A stretch of DNA of 64,000 bases from Antedon mediterranea (lineage: Eukaryota > Animalia > Echinodermata): the NCBI RefSeq assembly GCF_964355755.1, contig NC_092672.1, forward strand, positions 21,837,237-21,901,236, written 5' to 3'. The translations under genes and the position numbers were made by a program. Positions 52,960-64,000 of this stretch are shown one piece after another (the stretch's first letter is position 1; each line of letters starts with the position of its first letter). Below the pieces are notes generated by a model that had not been told where the DNA came from, made no database searches, and saw only the letters and a list, made by a program, of their open reading frames with translations.

Positions 52960-53372
52960 AGAAGAATAATATAAAATTGAAACAGGACGATTACAAGGAG
53001 TTATCCGCTACTAAGCGGATAACTAAAAAAAAGTAACAGGACGATTACAAGGAGTTATCCGCTACTATGCGGATAACTAATAATACAGAAAAAAAAAAAA
53101 ATAAATATTGATCCACTACAATCACAAGGAGTATCCTTGCGGATAACTAAAAAAAAAAAAAAAAAAAGATGATGAAACAGGACAGTTACAAGGAGTTATC
53201 CGCCATAGTGCGGATAACTAATAAAGAAAAAAAAAAAAAAAAAAAAAAAGATGATGAAACAGGACAGTTACAAGGAGTTATCCGCCATAGTGCGGATAAC
53301 TAAAAAGTTGATGTTGATGATGATTTCGTACAATCACAAGAGGTTATCCTGCAACTTCGTTGCGGATAACCA
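52960..53372. repeat. Stack of six HINE 5' termini (hairpin + A-rich spacer)
   Basis: Termini end at 53025, 53079, 53149, 53220, 53302 and 53372; each has the form ACAAG..TATCC..GCGGATAAC. Confidence 0.88.
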
Positions 53373-56300
53373 ACTAGATATGTAACTCGTCACTTTGACG
53401 AGTTAGTTATCCGCACGACAAAGGCCACGTAGACGTCATACGTTAGAATATTGCACACAGAAAAAGATTGTGGCAATATGACCTGAATTGAAGAATATGA
53501 TATGTTGTTATTGCTGAATTCTGTTATTTTGTGTCATATTATATATACAATATAATCTGTATACATATTACATACTGTGTAGAATAGGTGAAATGACTGG
53601 ACCCGCCATTTATTCCAATTTTTAACATAGCGACGGTATCATAATGAAACACTAAGATAGCAATTTCGGAAGGAAATTATCTCGGCAACAACATATTAAT
53701 GTGTAGAAGAAATTTAAATACGTAAAATATTGATGCGCGCTCTTTTAAATGTGATGAATTATGACGCAAAAGATGAAAATACGACTTTTTTATTTAACTG
53801 GTCATATGATGACGTCACAACATCCGATTGGCAAAATGTTTACATAAATTCGTATCTACAATCCAATAGCTTCCAGAAAACGTTTTAATCATGATTATCA
53901 CGTTTTATTCTGACGAGCTATAACAGATTGAAATTTACTGTAAAGACGAAAATAAGTGACCCACGTTATTTACATTTTTAGACATGATGACGTCATAAAA
54001 ATTAAAATATTTTTAACTCATACGAAAGATAGTTGATTGACCTAGATAATATAAAAATCGGGGTAAAAATGGAAAACAGATAATTGGAGATGCGCTCTAT
54101 TAAATGTCATGCGCTATGATGAAAGATACAAAAATCCTATATTTTATATTCGCGTGGCCACAATGTCCGGTTAGCCATATTATTACATGATCCGATATCT
54201 ACACCTCATCAACTTCAAGAATATGTCATCCACAAAAAGTTGACCGTCCAGTTTAGAAATTACGACTGTTTAAAAAAAGGCATAATTTTGACAAATTTTA
54301 ACGAATTTTTTACCTTTTTCATCAAAAACCCACGTAAATTATCCAATTCGACGTGCCCGTATGACGTAATTTTAAGTCTAAATCGTTTAAAAGTTGGTAA
54401 AATTACTACAAAAGGCTGGAAAAACATAAATCACGTGAAAAAAATTGTTTTCAACGCTACGTGCGCACGGCGCGCGTAAAAAAATGCGCACGCGTGGGAA
54501 TTTTTTACCTGCTCAAAATGACATGAAACGCGTAGAAAGTGGATTAGAAATTGATTTTTCGCGTTTTGAAATTTTAAACGCGCGTGCGCGCGTAACTTCG
54601 TGTAAAACATGCCATTTTTTTTACAAAGTCAGTTAGCGCAAGATATAACTAAAACTTTTGTTAAGTTTCAATTTAAATTGTTATATGGTTTTCGATGTAT
54701 GTTAAATACGCGAAATTCGTTAAAACGCGCGTAAGTCATGTTGTGCAATTCTGACGTCATTCAAAAATAGAAAAGCACAACTTCAGGTGAATACCCATAT
54801 GTTGACAAAGTTATGAAATGTTAACTTTACACGTTTTTGAGATATGCTCTGCACAAAAATGACAGAAAGAAAGAACTAGACTTGAACTCGTCACTTTGAC
54901 GAGTTAGTTATCCGCACCACAAACGCTGCGTGCAAGTCATACGTTAGATTTTTTGCACAGAGAAAAATATGGCATTATGACCTGAACTGAAGAATATGAT
55001 ATGTTCTTTAGTGCTGCTGAATTCTGTCAATTTTGTGTCATATAGTATATACAGTATAAACCGTATTGTCTGCATACATGTTACATACAGTGTAGAATAG
55101 GTGAAATTACGGGACCCGCCATTTATTCCAATTTTTAACATGGCGACGGTATCAAAATGAAAAACTAAGATAGTAATTTCGGCAGGAAATTATCTCAGCA
55201 ACAACATATTAACGTATTTAAGAAATTTGAATATGTGAAATATTGATGCACGCTCTTTTAAATGTAATGAACTATGATGCAAAAGATGAAAATACGACTT
55301 TTTTTATTTAACTGGCCATATGATGACGTCACAACATCTAATTGGCAAAATGTTCACATGAATTCGTACTACAATCCAATAGCTTCCTGAAAATGTTTTA
55401 ATCATGATTATCACGTTTTATTCTGACGAGCTATAACAGATTGAAATTTACTGTAAAGATGAAAATAAGTGACCCAAGTTATTTACATTTTTAGACATCA
55501 TGACGTCATAAAAATTAAAATATTTTTAACTCATGCGAAAGATAGTTGATTGACCTAGAAAATATAAAAATCGGGATGAAAATGAAAAACAGATAAGTGG
55601 AGATGCGCTCTATTAAATGTGATGAGCTATGACGAAAGATACAAAAATCCTATATTTTATATTCGCGTGGCAATACGATGACGTCACAATGTCCGGTTAG
55701 CCATATTAAAGCATGAACCGATATCTACAACTCATCAACTTCCAGAATATGTAATAAAAATAACTTTCACCGTTTAGTTTAGAAACTACGACTGTTTAAA
55801 AAAGGGCATGATTTTGACGAATTTTTGAACTTTTTCATCAAAAACATGCGCAAATTGTCCAATTCGACGTGCTCGTATTGACGTAATTTTAAGTCGAAAT
55901 GGTTCAATATTTGGTAAAATTACTATAAAAGGCTGGAAAAATATGATTTACGTAAAACATTGACGTATTTCACGCTTTGTGTACACCGCGCGCGCAAAAA
56001 TTTGCGCATCCGTGGGAATTTTTGACATGCTTAAAATGACATGAAACGCGTAGAAAGTTGATTAGAAATAAATTTTGGGCATTTTGAAATTTTAAATGCG
56101 CGTGCGCGCGTAACTTCTTGTAAAACATGCCATTTTTAATCCACAAAAAGTTTGCCCTTGATATGACTTAATTTTTCACAAAGTGTAAAAAAAAAATTAT
56201 GCTTGGTTTTTAATCTATGATCAATCATTGAAATTCATAAAATCGCACGTAAGTCATGTTGCACAACTCTGACGTATTTAAAAAATACATGCTGCACAAC

Positions 56301-56754
56301 TTCATATAAATGTTCATATGTTGACAAAGTTATGAAATGTTATGTTAACACATTTTAGAGATACAGGAGCCACAAAAAAGTGGAGGAAAGAAAGAAGAAA
56401 AACATAGAAATTGATCCAGTACAGTTACAAGGAGTTATCCGCTCAATGCGGATAACTAATAATACAGAAAAAAAAAAAAAAAGATGATGAAACAGGACAG
56501 TTACAAGGAGTTATCCGCTGAGTGCGGATAACTAATAAAGATTTCATACAATAACAATAGGTGATCATTTTATTCTAAATGATCACCTAATAATGGAATA
56601 ATTAAAGCATTTGCTAACATTTTTAAAGTATACATAGGAAGATACATCTTAATACGACGAATCACACCGATACGTTTAGCTATTTTACAAGACATTTTGT
56701 CTATATGTTCCTTCCAATTTAGTTGAGGATCAAAAATGACACCTAAATACTTAA

Positions 56755-57295
56755 AGATGTATTGTCCCTTTGACTAATTCCAAAAAAAATTTTTTTTTTT
56801 TATTTCCAAAAAAAGTGGGTCATTTTGAAGTATCATAATAGTTATTAACTTGCACCAAAAATTTGTCCAAAAAAAATAATTTAACCAAAATACAGATGTT
56901 TTTTTGTTCAAAAAATAACTTTGACTTCCAGTCAAAGTTTTCAATCAAAACATATCACATAATGCAATGCGCTTGTTTGGCTACTCTGTATGCATCATAA
57001 AACTTCCTCGCGATCTGTGTGAAAACACTTTCTCAACCGTGATGAGTTGTAAACAATCCTAATTAGCATCATGCATAATGCATACTCATTGTTTTAAATC
57101 TTTGTTTACTTTCGCTTGCGACGATTTCTCAGACGAAATGTAATCTAATTAATTTACCTGTTAATTACGTAAACTGTTGTTTTTGGCTCGAATTTTCGAC
57201 TTAAAGTGAATAACTTTAATATTACTTTGATATGGCCAATTTAAATTTAGAATATTTTTTTTTTCATTTTTTGTGTTTCAAGGGACAATACATCT
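56755..57295. mobile_element. Kolobok-type non-autonomous DNA transposon (TTAA TSD)
   Basis: TTAA|AGATGTATTGTCCCTT...AAGGGACAATACATCT|TTAA splits the LINE peptide DSFK|YLGV. A 5'-AG terminus with TTAA TSD fits Kolobok rather than piggyBac (5'-CC). Confidence 0.8.
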
Positions 57296-58643
57296 TTAAA
57301 AGAATCAACTCTTTCAATAGTTTCGTTATTATGAAGTAAAGTTATATTCTTAAATGTTGCCGTTTTCTGATTTGTGCTGAAAACCATAAGCTTGGTCTTA
57401 TTAAGATTTAGTGTGAGTTGATTATGGTCAAACCATTCTATAATTTTGTTTAGATTGATATTGAGTTGATTCTGAAGTATTAAAGGGTCAGATGAACTAC
57501 ATAAGAGTGTTGTATCATCTGCATACATCACACATTTACATGATAACAATTCAGGAAGTGAATTTACGTATAAAATACATAGTAAAGGTCCCAGTATTGA
57601 TCCTTGTGGGACACCAATATTAACATTCGTGGTGTCAGATTTTGTTGAATTTATACAAACAACTTGAGATCGTCCACTTAAGTATGATTTAAACCAGTGA
57701 AGTGCAATATCATTTAAGCCATAATTCCTTAATTTGGTAAGTAATATTTCATGGTTAACTGTATCAAATGCTTTCTTCAAGTCAAGAAATAAAGCAGCAG
57801 ATGAAATACCTTTATCAAAGTTATCTAAAATATAATCAGTAACATCTAAAAGAGTAGTTTCTGTAGAGTGACCTTTTCTAAAGCCCGATTGGGAGGGATT
57901 TATAAGGTTGTTAGTTCTTAAATACAAGTATAATTGATCATGCACAGCACGTTCTAAGAGTTTTGAAAGTATGGGTAAAACAGAAATTGGGCGGTAATTA
58001 TAAGGGTCTGACATATGCCCATCTTTATATACAGGTGTTACCTTAGCTAGTTTCCATTCATCTGGAAATCTAGAACTGAACATAGAAAGATTACAAATAT
58101 ATGAGAGTGAGTCACAAATTATCGGAGCAGCTAGTTTAAGAAGTTTGCAATCAAAGTTATCAACACCCATAGCTTTATTAGTTGACAATTTACATAACTG
58201 GTTAAAAATGTAATCAGGGGTAAGAAGATCAAATTCAAATTTGTTACCCGCAAAACAATTTTCTGAAGTGTTACTAGTATAATTATTGGAGTTAGTATTA
58301 TTGAAGTTAGTAAATTGATTTGCTAAAGAACTTCAAATTGAAGTAAAATGAGCATTGAAAACATTGGCTATGTCCTTATCATTGGATGTATAGTTTTTAT
58401 TATTATCTTTATATACATTATTTATACTGGGTTTAGTTTTAGGTATTAATTTATTTATTGTATTCCATAATTTCTTGGGATTTTTAGCATTTTCGTTAAT
58501 AGTATTTGTACAATATTTTCTTTTTAAATTCCTATTTAAATTATTAACTTGATTTCTCAGTTGTTTAACTTTGTCCCAATCTTCAGGTTCATTAGTTTTG
58601 TGAGCTTTCTTATAATAGTAGTCTCTGTCTTTTGTTAATCTTA

Positions 58644-59507
58644 GGGCCTGTTCAGACCTACGGAGTTATGCTTTCGTATTGTACGCGGCGTACAAGTCCA
58701 TAGATCAAACCTAGGTTAGATATCTAGCCAATCAAATTACAATATTCGCCACATCACATCGTGACATGTGCTCCTCATCGTATAGCCAAGCTGATCCATT
58801 TGTTGTGATCAGTGAACGTGCGAAAAAATCATACCTTTTGTTGTTACACTATACAGTATTATTAATATTATATTAATTAATTTAAAATGTCATCGAAGCG
58901 TGCGCATTGGCGAGAAACCGAAGTAAAATACCTTATTTCATTGTGGGGAAGCCCTGAGTTCAGAGATCGGTTGGAAGTGAAAAACTGGCGTAAAAGCACC
59001 GGCAACAAGATGTCTGTGTTCAACGACATGGCGGACACGTTAGCAGAATGGGCCATCCTCATAAAGAAGGATTATTAATATCCAAACGAAATTGAAGGGG
59101 TCGTCGTATAAAGCGGCGAAAGACCGAGTAAATAAATCTGGAGCCGGTGCAAGTACGGGATTTGAAAATTGTTCTGCCATAAATGATATTTTAGGTCATA
59201 GACCAAATATAAACCCAAACCCCAAAACGATCGGCTGGTTGGTATGGCTGACAACCAATCGATAATGCCGAGCCCAAGTGTTCGGTCTAGGCCTGTAACT
59301 CCTAAACCAACCACTACTACTTTTAATAACAACGAAGGTAGGTCTATGCGTGCGTTAGAGTTTGGTTAATCGCCAGCGAGTGACATCATATCCGTTTGTA
59401 ACGCAACTTCGTTGCAATGAATCTGAACACTTTGCTCTTACGACGCTCATTAAAATATGACCTTGGCTGTGATACGAAAGCATAACTCCGTAGGTCTGAA
59501 CATACCC
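58644..59507 (+). mobile_element. PIF/Harbinger deletion derivative retaining part of its Myb/SANT gene (TTA TSD)
   Basis: TTA|GGGCCTGTTCAGACCTACGGAGTTATGCTTTCGTAT...ATACGAAAGCATAACTCCGTAGGTCTGAACATACCC|TTA; splits the LINE at DYIR|LTKDRDYYY. Confidence 0.9.
58887..59220 (+). pseudogene. Harbinger Myb/SANT (trihelix-like) DNA-binding protein fragment
   Basis: HWRETEVKYLISLW..VFNDMADTLAEW, then after frameshifts SGAGAS..INDILGHRPNINP. Confidence 0.7.
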
Positions 59508-60753
59508 TTATATAATCAGTGGTTATCCATTCAGGAAGTGATCCTTTCACTCTCTTTGTCTTTAAAGGGGCATGCCGATTACATAACTCACCAAATAAGT
59601 GTTTCCATAGCAACCAGACAGTGTTAACATTAGAGTGAAGCTTGATTTGATCCCAGTCAATACATTTTAAATCTTCTATAAATTTGTTTTGGTCAAATTT
59701 TTTAAAAGAACGAGAGGTTATAAACTTTGGAGGAATATGTGTTTTTTTAGTTTTTCGAATTAGATATATTAAGGAGTGATCACTTATTCCATGGCTTGAT
59801 ACTCCTGCTGTTGAAATGTTACAATTAGTGACAAAAATCAAATCTATAATTGTTTTACTAGTGTTAGTTATTCTTGTAAATTCATTAATTAGTTGGTTAA
59901 GATTACTATTTTTAGCTATTTTATTAATTTTTCTTGCGTTAGTATTATTATTTATATCTAAGTTAAAGTCTCCCAAGATCACAACATCATTATATAATGA
60001 TGTACTTTGTTGGAACATGTTGTCAAGTTCATTTAAATATTCAACTTTAGCATTAGGTGGTCTATAAATATTACCTATAAGTAAAGGTTTAGAATATGGT
60101 AAATTTATTTCAATCCAAAGAGCTTCAACATTTTCAGATCTCAGCTCTTGGATTTCTTTAAAGGCAATACCAATTCTAATATAACATAGAACTCCACCGC
60201 CAGCTTGAGTATTTGGTCTATCAAGCCTACAAATTTTGTATCCGTCTACTAAAATCTCAATGTTATCAATATTGGTGCTTAGCCACGTTTCGGTTATACA
60301 AAATATATCATAGTTATATTCATGGAGAAGTGTTTTGACATTGTCTAATTTGTTTCTAAGTGATTGTATATTTAAGTGGGAAATTTTAAAGCCCTTTTTA
60401 CTACTTATTTCATAATTAAAATTGTTAAAGTAATTACAAAAAGGTAGTTCCATTAAAGCGTTTTGTATAAAACAATTGTCGCACCACCAATTATTAAGTC
60501 TGATTGAAGGATTAGGAAAACAAGAAAAATCATAAGATAATGAACAAATTTGGCAAGTAGTACACATTAAATTAGGAGTTTGCTTACATTTAGAAGAGCT
60601 ATTGTTACAATTATATATTATACTAGTAACAATATTTTTATCAGGTTTAACATTTGCATAATCCTTAGTTAATGGAACAGAAGTATTAAAATTGGTTATA
60701 TTAGTATTTGCACTTTGTACAGCTGTTCCGGCTTCAACTTCTTCGCCTACTTT

Positions 60754-61985
60754 TCATTGATCTTTGACATGTTTTGCTTTACAGTATTTCATTTTGTGTC
60801 CAAGTTGTTCACAGATATAACAAAACACTGGTTGACCATGACGGCAATTACTGCTAATATGTCCGGTTTCGCTGCAAAAATGACATCTAGGTGATTTCAT
60901 TCTTTGCTGTTTCTTGCTGTTCTTCTGAAGGATTTGGATACTTTGTTTATACTCTTGATGAGAGTTGATGTGCCACGTTGGTTCTAGTGTAGGCCATGAG
61001 ATGTGAAGTTAGACCTAGAACTTTCTTTCAAACCAATGGTATATGAATGATCGATGAAGTATTTTCCGTACATTTGCTTTAATGAATCATTGAGCTTTTC
61101 CACTTGCATGTTGTAGTGGGCATTGTCAAAACGAGGGCATACTGCCGATACATACACATTTCCACCGGAAACTTTTGTCCACAACTCTGTTGCAAGGTCA
61201 GTAAAGTCATTCTCTAGGCTTGTAAGATTAATGTCTGGAACAGCACAATCATTTGTACCTACATGTATTATGACATTTTCGATACCATTAAAATTTACCT
61301 CATCCAACTGCTCATAAACTTGCTTAGTTGTAGCCCCTCTCATTGTTTTGACAGATGTTTGATGGAGGCCTCTAGTTTTAATATGCTTTAGCATTGAGTC
61401 TCCGATGATTAAATTCTTGTTGGTATTTGATGGTGTTCTATCATGGCTTTTGATAGTAACAGTTTCATTCATGATATCTGTCTTACGTTGTTTAGTTTCA
61501 TTAGATCTAACCAGCTCACATTTTGCATCGTCTGATTGATCTTGACAGTTATTTTCACTGGACTCTGTGTCAAGAATTACGAAATGATTTGTTGGTTGTA
61601 AAATTGCTTCTTGAGTATTGGTTGGTGCACTAACATTGGCAACTACATGTTTTGGTTGAACAAATTCATTGTTTGATTTTTCCTTAAAGCTTCTGAGTTG
61701 TATTTCAAGACAGGAGTTTCGTTCGCACAGTTCATTAAAAGCTGATGTCAGCTGTACAAAGTTTGTTTGTACTTTCTTAAGTTCATAAACTTGTTTTTTA
61801 AGGTCAGCAATTCTGTCTTCTTGACTCCTGAGTTTTGATTTCAGTGTAGGTGATTCTTCCCATTGACCAGGGGTTTGAGAGGCAGCATTAACTTGTTTAG
61901 TTCCAGTTGAGAAGTCTGTAGAATTTGATTTGGGAGTAGGGGTAGATGTGACAAAGGAGCTTTTAGATTCCAGAACCTTACACAC
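60754..61985 (-). pseudogene. LINE ORF1p: coiled coil + SGNH/GDSL esterase + two CCHC zinc knuckles
   Basis: LIIGDSMLK, MRGAT, IIHVGTND, GLH (SGNH blocks); premature stop at 60984; 60754-60900 encodes RCHFCSETGHISSNCRHGQPVFCYICEQLGHKMKYC. Confidence 0.85.
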
Positions 61986-62102
61986 ACGTGCAACTTTGAA
62001 GTTTACCTTTTAACTACAGCATAGGCCTACTGTATACTAAATATAATATAATTGCATAACTATGAAATTATTTATACACAATAATAATTAGTAAAATTAT
62101 AA

Positions 62103-62606
62103 AATTCACTGCCATCAAATATGATGTGTTATGATTTATATAGATTAAAAAAAAAATTTGAATACGCAAGTTACATTTGTTGAAATTTGAAATTACCTGC
62201 CATCAATATGATGGAGTATGATTATATATTTTCTAAAATGTGAACATGTCGGCTACATTTGGAAATTACCTGCCATCAATATGATATGGATTATGATTAT
62301 AGATTTAAAAAATAATTTGAACACGTAAGCTACATTTGAAAATTACCTGCCATCAATATGATGGATTATGATTATAGATTTAAAAAAGAATTTGAACACG
62401 TCTCAGCTACATTTGGAAATTACCTGCCATCAATATGATGGATTATGATTGTATAGTACCTGCCATCAATATGATGGGATTATGATTATAGATTTAAAAA
62501 AGAATTTGAACACGTAAGCTACATTTGAAAATTATCTGCCATCAATATGATGGATTATGATTGTATAGATTTAAAAGAAAATGTGAACACGTAAGCTACA
62601 TTTGGA
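62103..62606 (+). repeat. Minisatellite, ~60-70-bp unit, ~8 copies
   Basis: Repeats of AAATTACCTGCCATCAATATGATGGATTATGATTATAGATTTAAAAAAGAATTTGAACACGTAAGCTACATTTG with one truncated unit. Confidence 0.9.
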
Positions 62607-62639
62607 ATGAACATGTTAAGGGCATCAGTTAAGATCATT

Positions 62640-63730
62640 CATGCAAAGGTTTCCGTCATCTTTAGCGTTGTTACAGCAGCATAAAGCTGTACATGGTAGT
62701 TTTGCCTTCTTGCACCTACATCTATATGGTTATGCATCGTGTCTTGCATCCACAATAAATCATCTCTAACGAAGCAGTAAGAATAGCTTCATTTTTCAGA
62801 AGCACTGGTTGAAGTTTACAATTAGATAGCTCCCAACCAATATGTTGGTGATGGCAAATGCTGGATTGGCGATACAGCTTTTTTCCATACGAGTGCTTGG
62901 AAGTGTGCTCTTTTTATATGTTGGTGCACTGCATCGCTTGTTGGAGGTAATGCCTCTGGTTTTTTTGTTAAAGCCTAACTTCATTGGTACTTTTAACTTG
63001 ACCAACACCGTAAACGTAGCAAATGAATCTTTCCGATTTCATAATAACTTGGTCACTGATAGGTTTTCTCCCAGGTCTTTAATTAGTTCATACTTTTTTT
63101 TTAATACTTCCCATGCCGATGCCTTTGAGTGACCACTTAGATATGAGCAGTGAAGAGTTAAATTACTGTATGTATATGTATTAATGTAATTTAACTCTTC
63201 CCTGGATATGAGTAGTATCGCATCCACTAATAGTATGGAATAGAATCAGTGCTTTTGTAGAACCCTCGGGCAAGGCTTGAAAAATGTCTTTTATAGATAC
63301 TTTCTTTTTTTGGATGTCCCTGTCATCATCCATTTGGATACCATGCTTTGGTAGTGAGACACTAGAATCACTAGTACGTCTGTATCCCTAGAAGCAACTA
63401 CAACTGTGTCGTATCGGACATTGGCAGCATGACAAGTCTCGTGTCCGATTCTTCATGGTCTGCTACCAGAGACAACGTATTCGTGTAGACTTTTGATGAT
63501 TTAACAACTGATTCTTTCATAAATCTACCAGCTGTGACAATTTCTTTGTCTATAGGAGCTTGATGAATCAACTCCTCTGATAGAAATCGTGTCAGATCTG
63601 CATTATTATCTTGTAATGCCAAAAAGTTTGACCAGCAATTTGGCAGCGGTATTTCACCACTTTCTATAATTCGACGAATTGGTCTCTGTGTTTTGGTTCA
63701 TCTTTGTCTGGTGGTGTCCTTTATCGACAG
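62640..63730 (-). mobile_element. Academ (AcademX-like) DNA transposon relic: XPG-like nuclease + Cys-rich C-terminus
   Basis: Fragments DHEESDTRL, SRDTDVLVILV, HTISGCDTT, SKASAW, LPPTSDAVHQHIKRAHFQALVW, CGCKTRC..CRCKKAKLPCTALC. Many frameshifts. The family name is from recalled motif composition. Confidence 0.65.
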
Positions 63731-64000
63731 TTAGGCATGCCATGTTAAAAAAAAAAAAACCAGAGCCATTACCTCCAACAAGCGATGCAGTGCACCAGCA
63801 TATAAAAAGAGCACACTTCCAAGCACTCATATTGAAAAAAGCTGTATCGCCAATCCAGCATTTGCCATCACCAACAGATTTTGGGTGGGAGCTATCTAAT
63901 GGTAAACTTCAACCAGTGCTTCTGAAAAATGAAACTATTCCTACTGCTTCGTTTTAGATGATTTATTGTGGATGCAAGACACGATGCATAACCAATAGAT
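63730..64000 (+). mobile_element. Inverted second copy of the Academ-like C-terminal region
   Basis: PEPLPPTSDAVHQHIKRAHFQ..PSPTDFGW..YCGCKTRC; reverse complement of ~62720-62980 with scattered substitutions; runs off the window. Confidence 0.75.

Larger units (their letters stand above)
36480..56589 (-). mobile_element. Nested array of ten ~1.5-kb Helentron-type non-autonomous elements (HINE/DINE-1-like)
   Basis: Each body begins (+ strand) ACTAGA..AACTCGTCA-CTT-TGACGAGTT-AGTTATCCGC, i.e. 3' CTAG end, stem-loop and subTIR. Starts: 37607, 39069, 42691, 44204, 45811, 47396, 48900, 50419, 53373, 54875. The opposite ends are AGTTATCCGC-N5-6-GCGGATAACT hairpins next to an (AAAG)/poly-A microsatellite. 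Insertion in A-rich (T-rich on element strand) sites without TSD; non-coding. Confidence 0.8.
56590..62010 (-). mobile_element. CR1/L2-group LINE with esterase-type ORF1, interrupted by two DNA transposons and 3'-truncated at the HINE nest
   Basis: ORF1 60984-61985; ORF2 pieces 59508-60600 (PHD-like Cys cluster + APE), 57296-58643 (RT) and 56590-56754 (KYLGVIFDPQLNWKEHI..LANALIIPL). Protein closely resembles the LINE at 2337-5699. Confidence 0.9.

Noticed and set aside
52960-53372. CRISPR array
   Set aside because: Eukaryotic context, no cas genes, spacers are poly-A/microsatellite, and the repeats are the termini of the adjacent elements.
53909-53935. Hammerhead-like CTGACGA..GAAA in HINE units (also CTGAAGA/CTGATGA near 46704 and 49795)
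   Set aside because: Stem II cannot pair, most copies read CTTACGA, and stems I/III are absent.
37607-56534. Simple 1.5-kb satellite, or protein-coding repeats (ORFs such as 43710-43934, 45227-45469, 48813-49013, 50263-50550)
   Set aside because: Units are distinct subfamilies with transposon-type ends; the ORFs are short, not conserved in frame across units and have no recognisable domain.

Overview
AT-rich eukaryotic DNA, probably from a marine invertebrate (an echinoderm-like source is an inference only). It is almost entirely transposon-derived, so the short ORFs in the track are mostly noise. Host coding sequence is limited to one intact 99-nt phase-0 ankyrin-repeat exon (18235-18333) and a decayed second one. 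Retroelements: a BEL/Pao gag running off the left edge, six CR1/L2-group LINE copies (one nearly intact at 32118-36340), Rex1/Babar relics, a Penelope-type fragment with a minimal hammerhead ribozyme between (TA)n tracts, and a composite 5S-rRNA + tRNA + Deu/Nin-type SINE flanked by ~150-bp direct repeats. DNA transposons: several PIF/Harbinger non-autonomous elements (TWA TSDs), a Kolobok-type element (TTAA TSD), a P-element-like excision footprint and an Academ-like relic with a fold-back duplication. A decayed segmental duplication links 2-12.8 kb to 22.4-26.2 kb. The most striking structure is the ~20-kb block at 36480-56589. It looks like a 1.5-kb satellite but parses as a last-in-first-out 'Russian doll' nest of ten Helentron-type non-autonomous (HINE/DINE-1-like) elements. 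They repeatedly inserted into, or directly beside, the 5' terminal region of earlier copies, leaving the severed hairpin termini stacked in a CRISPR-like array at 52960-53372.
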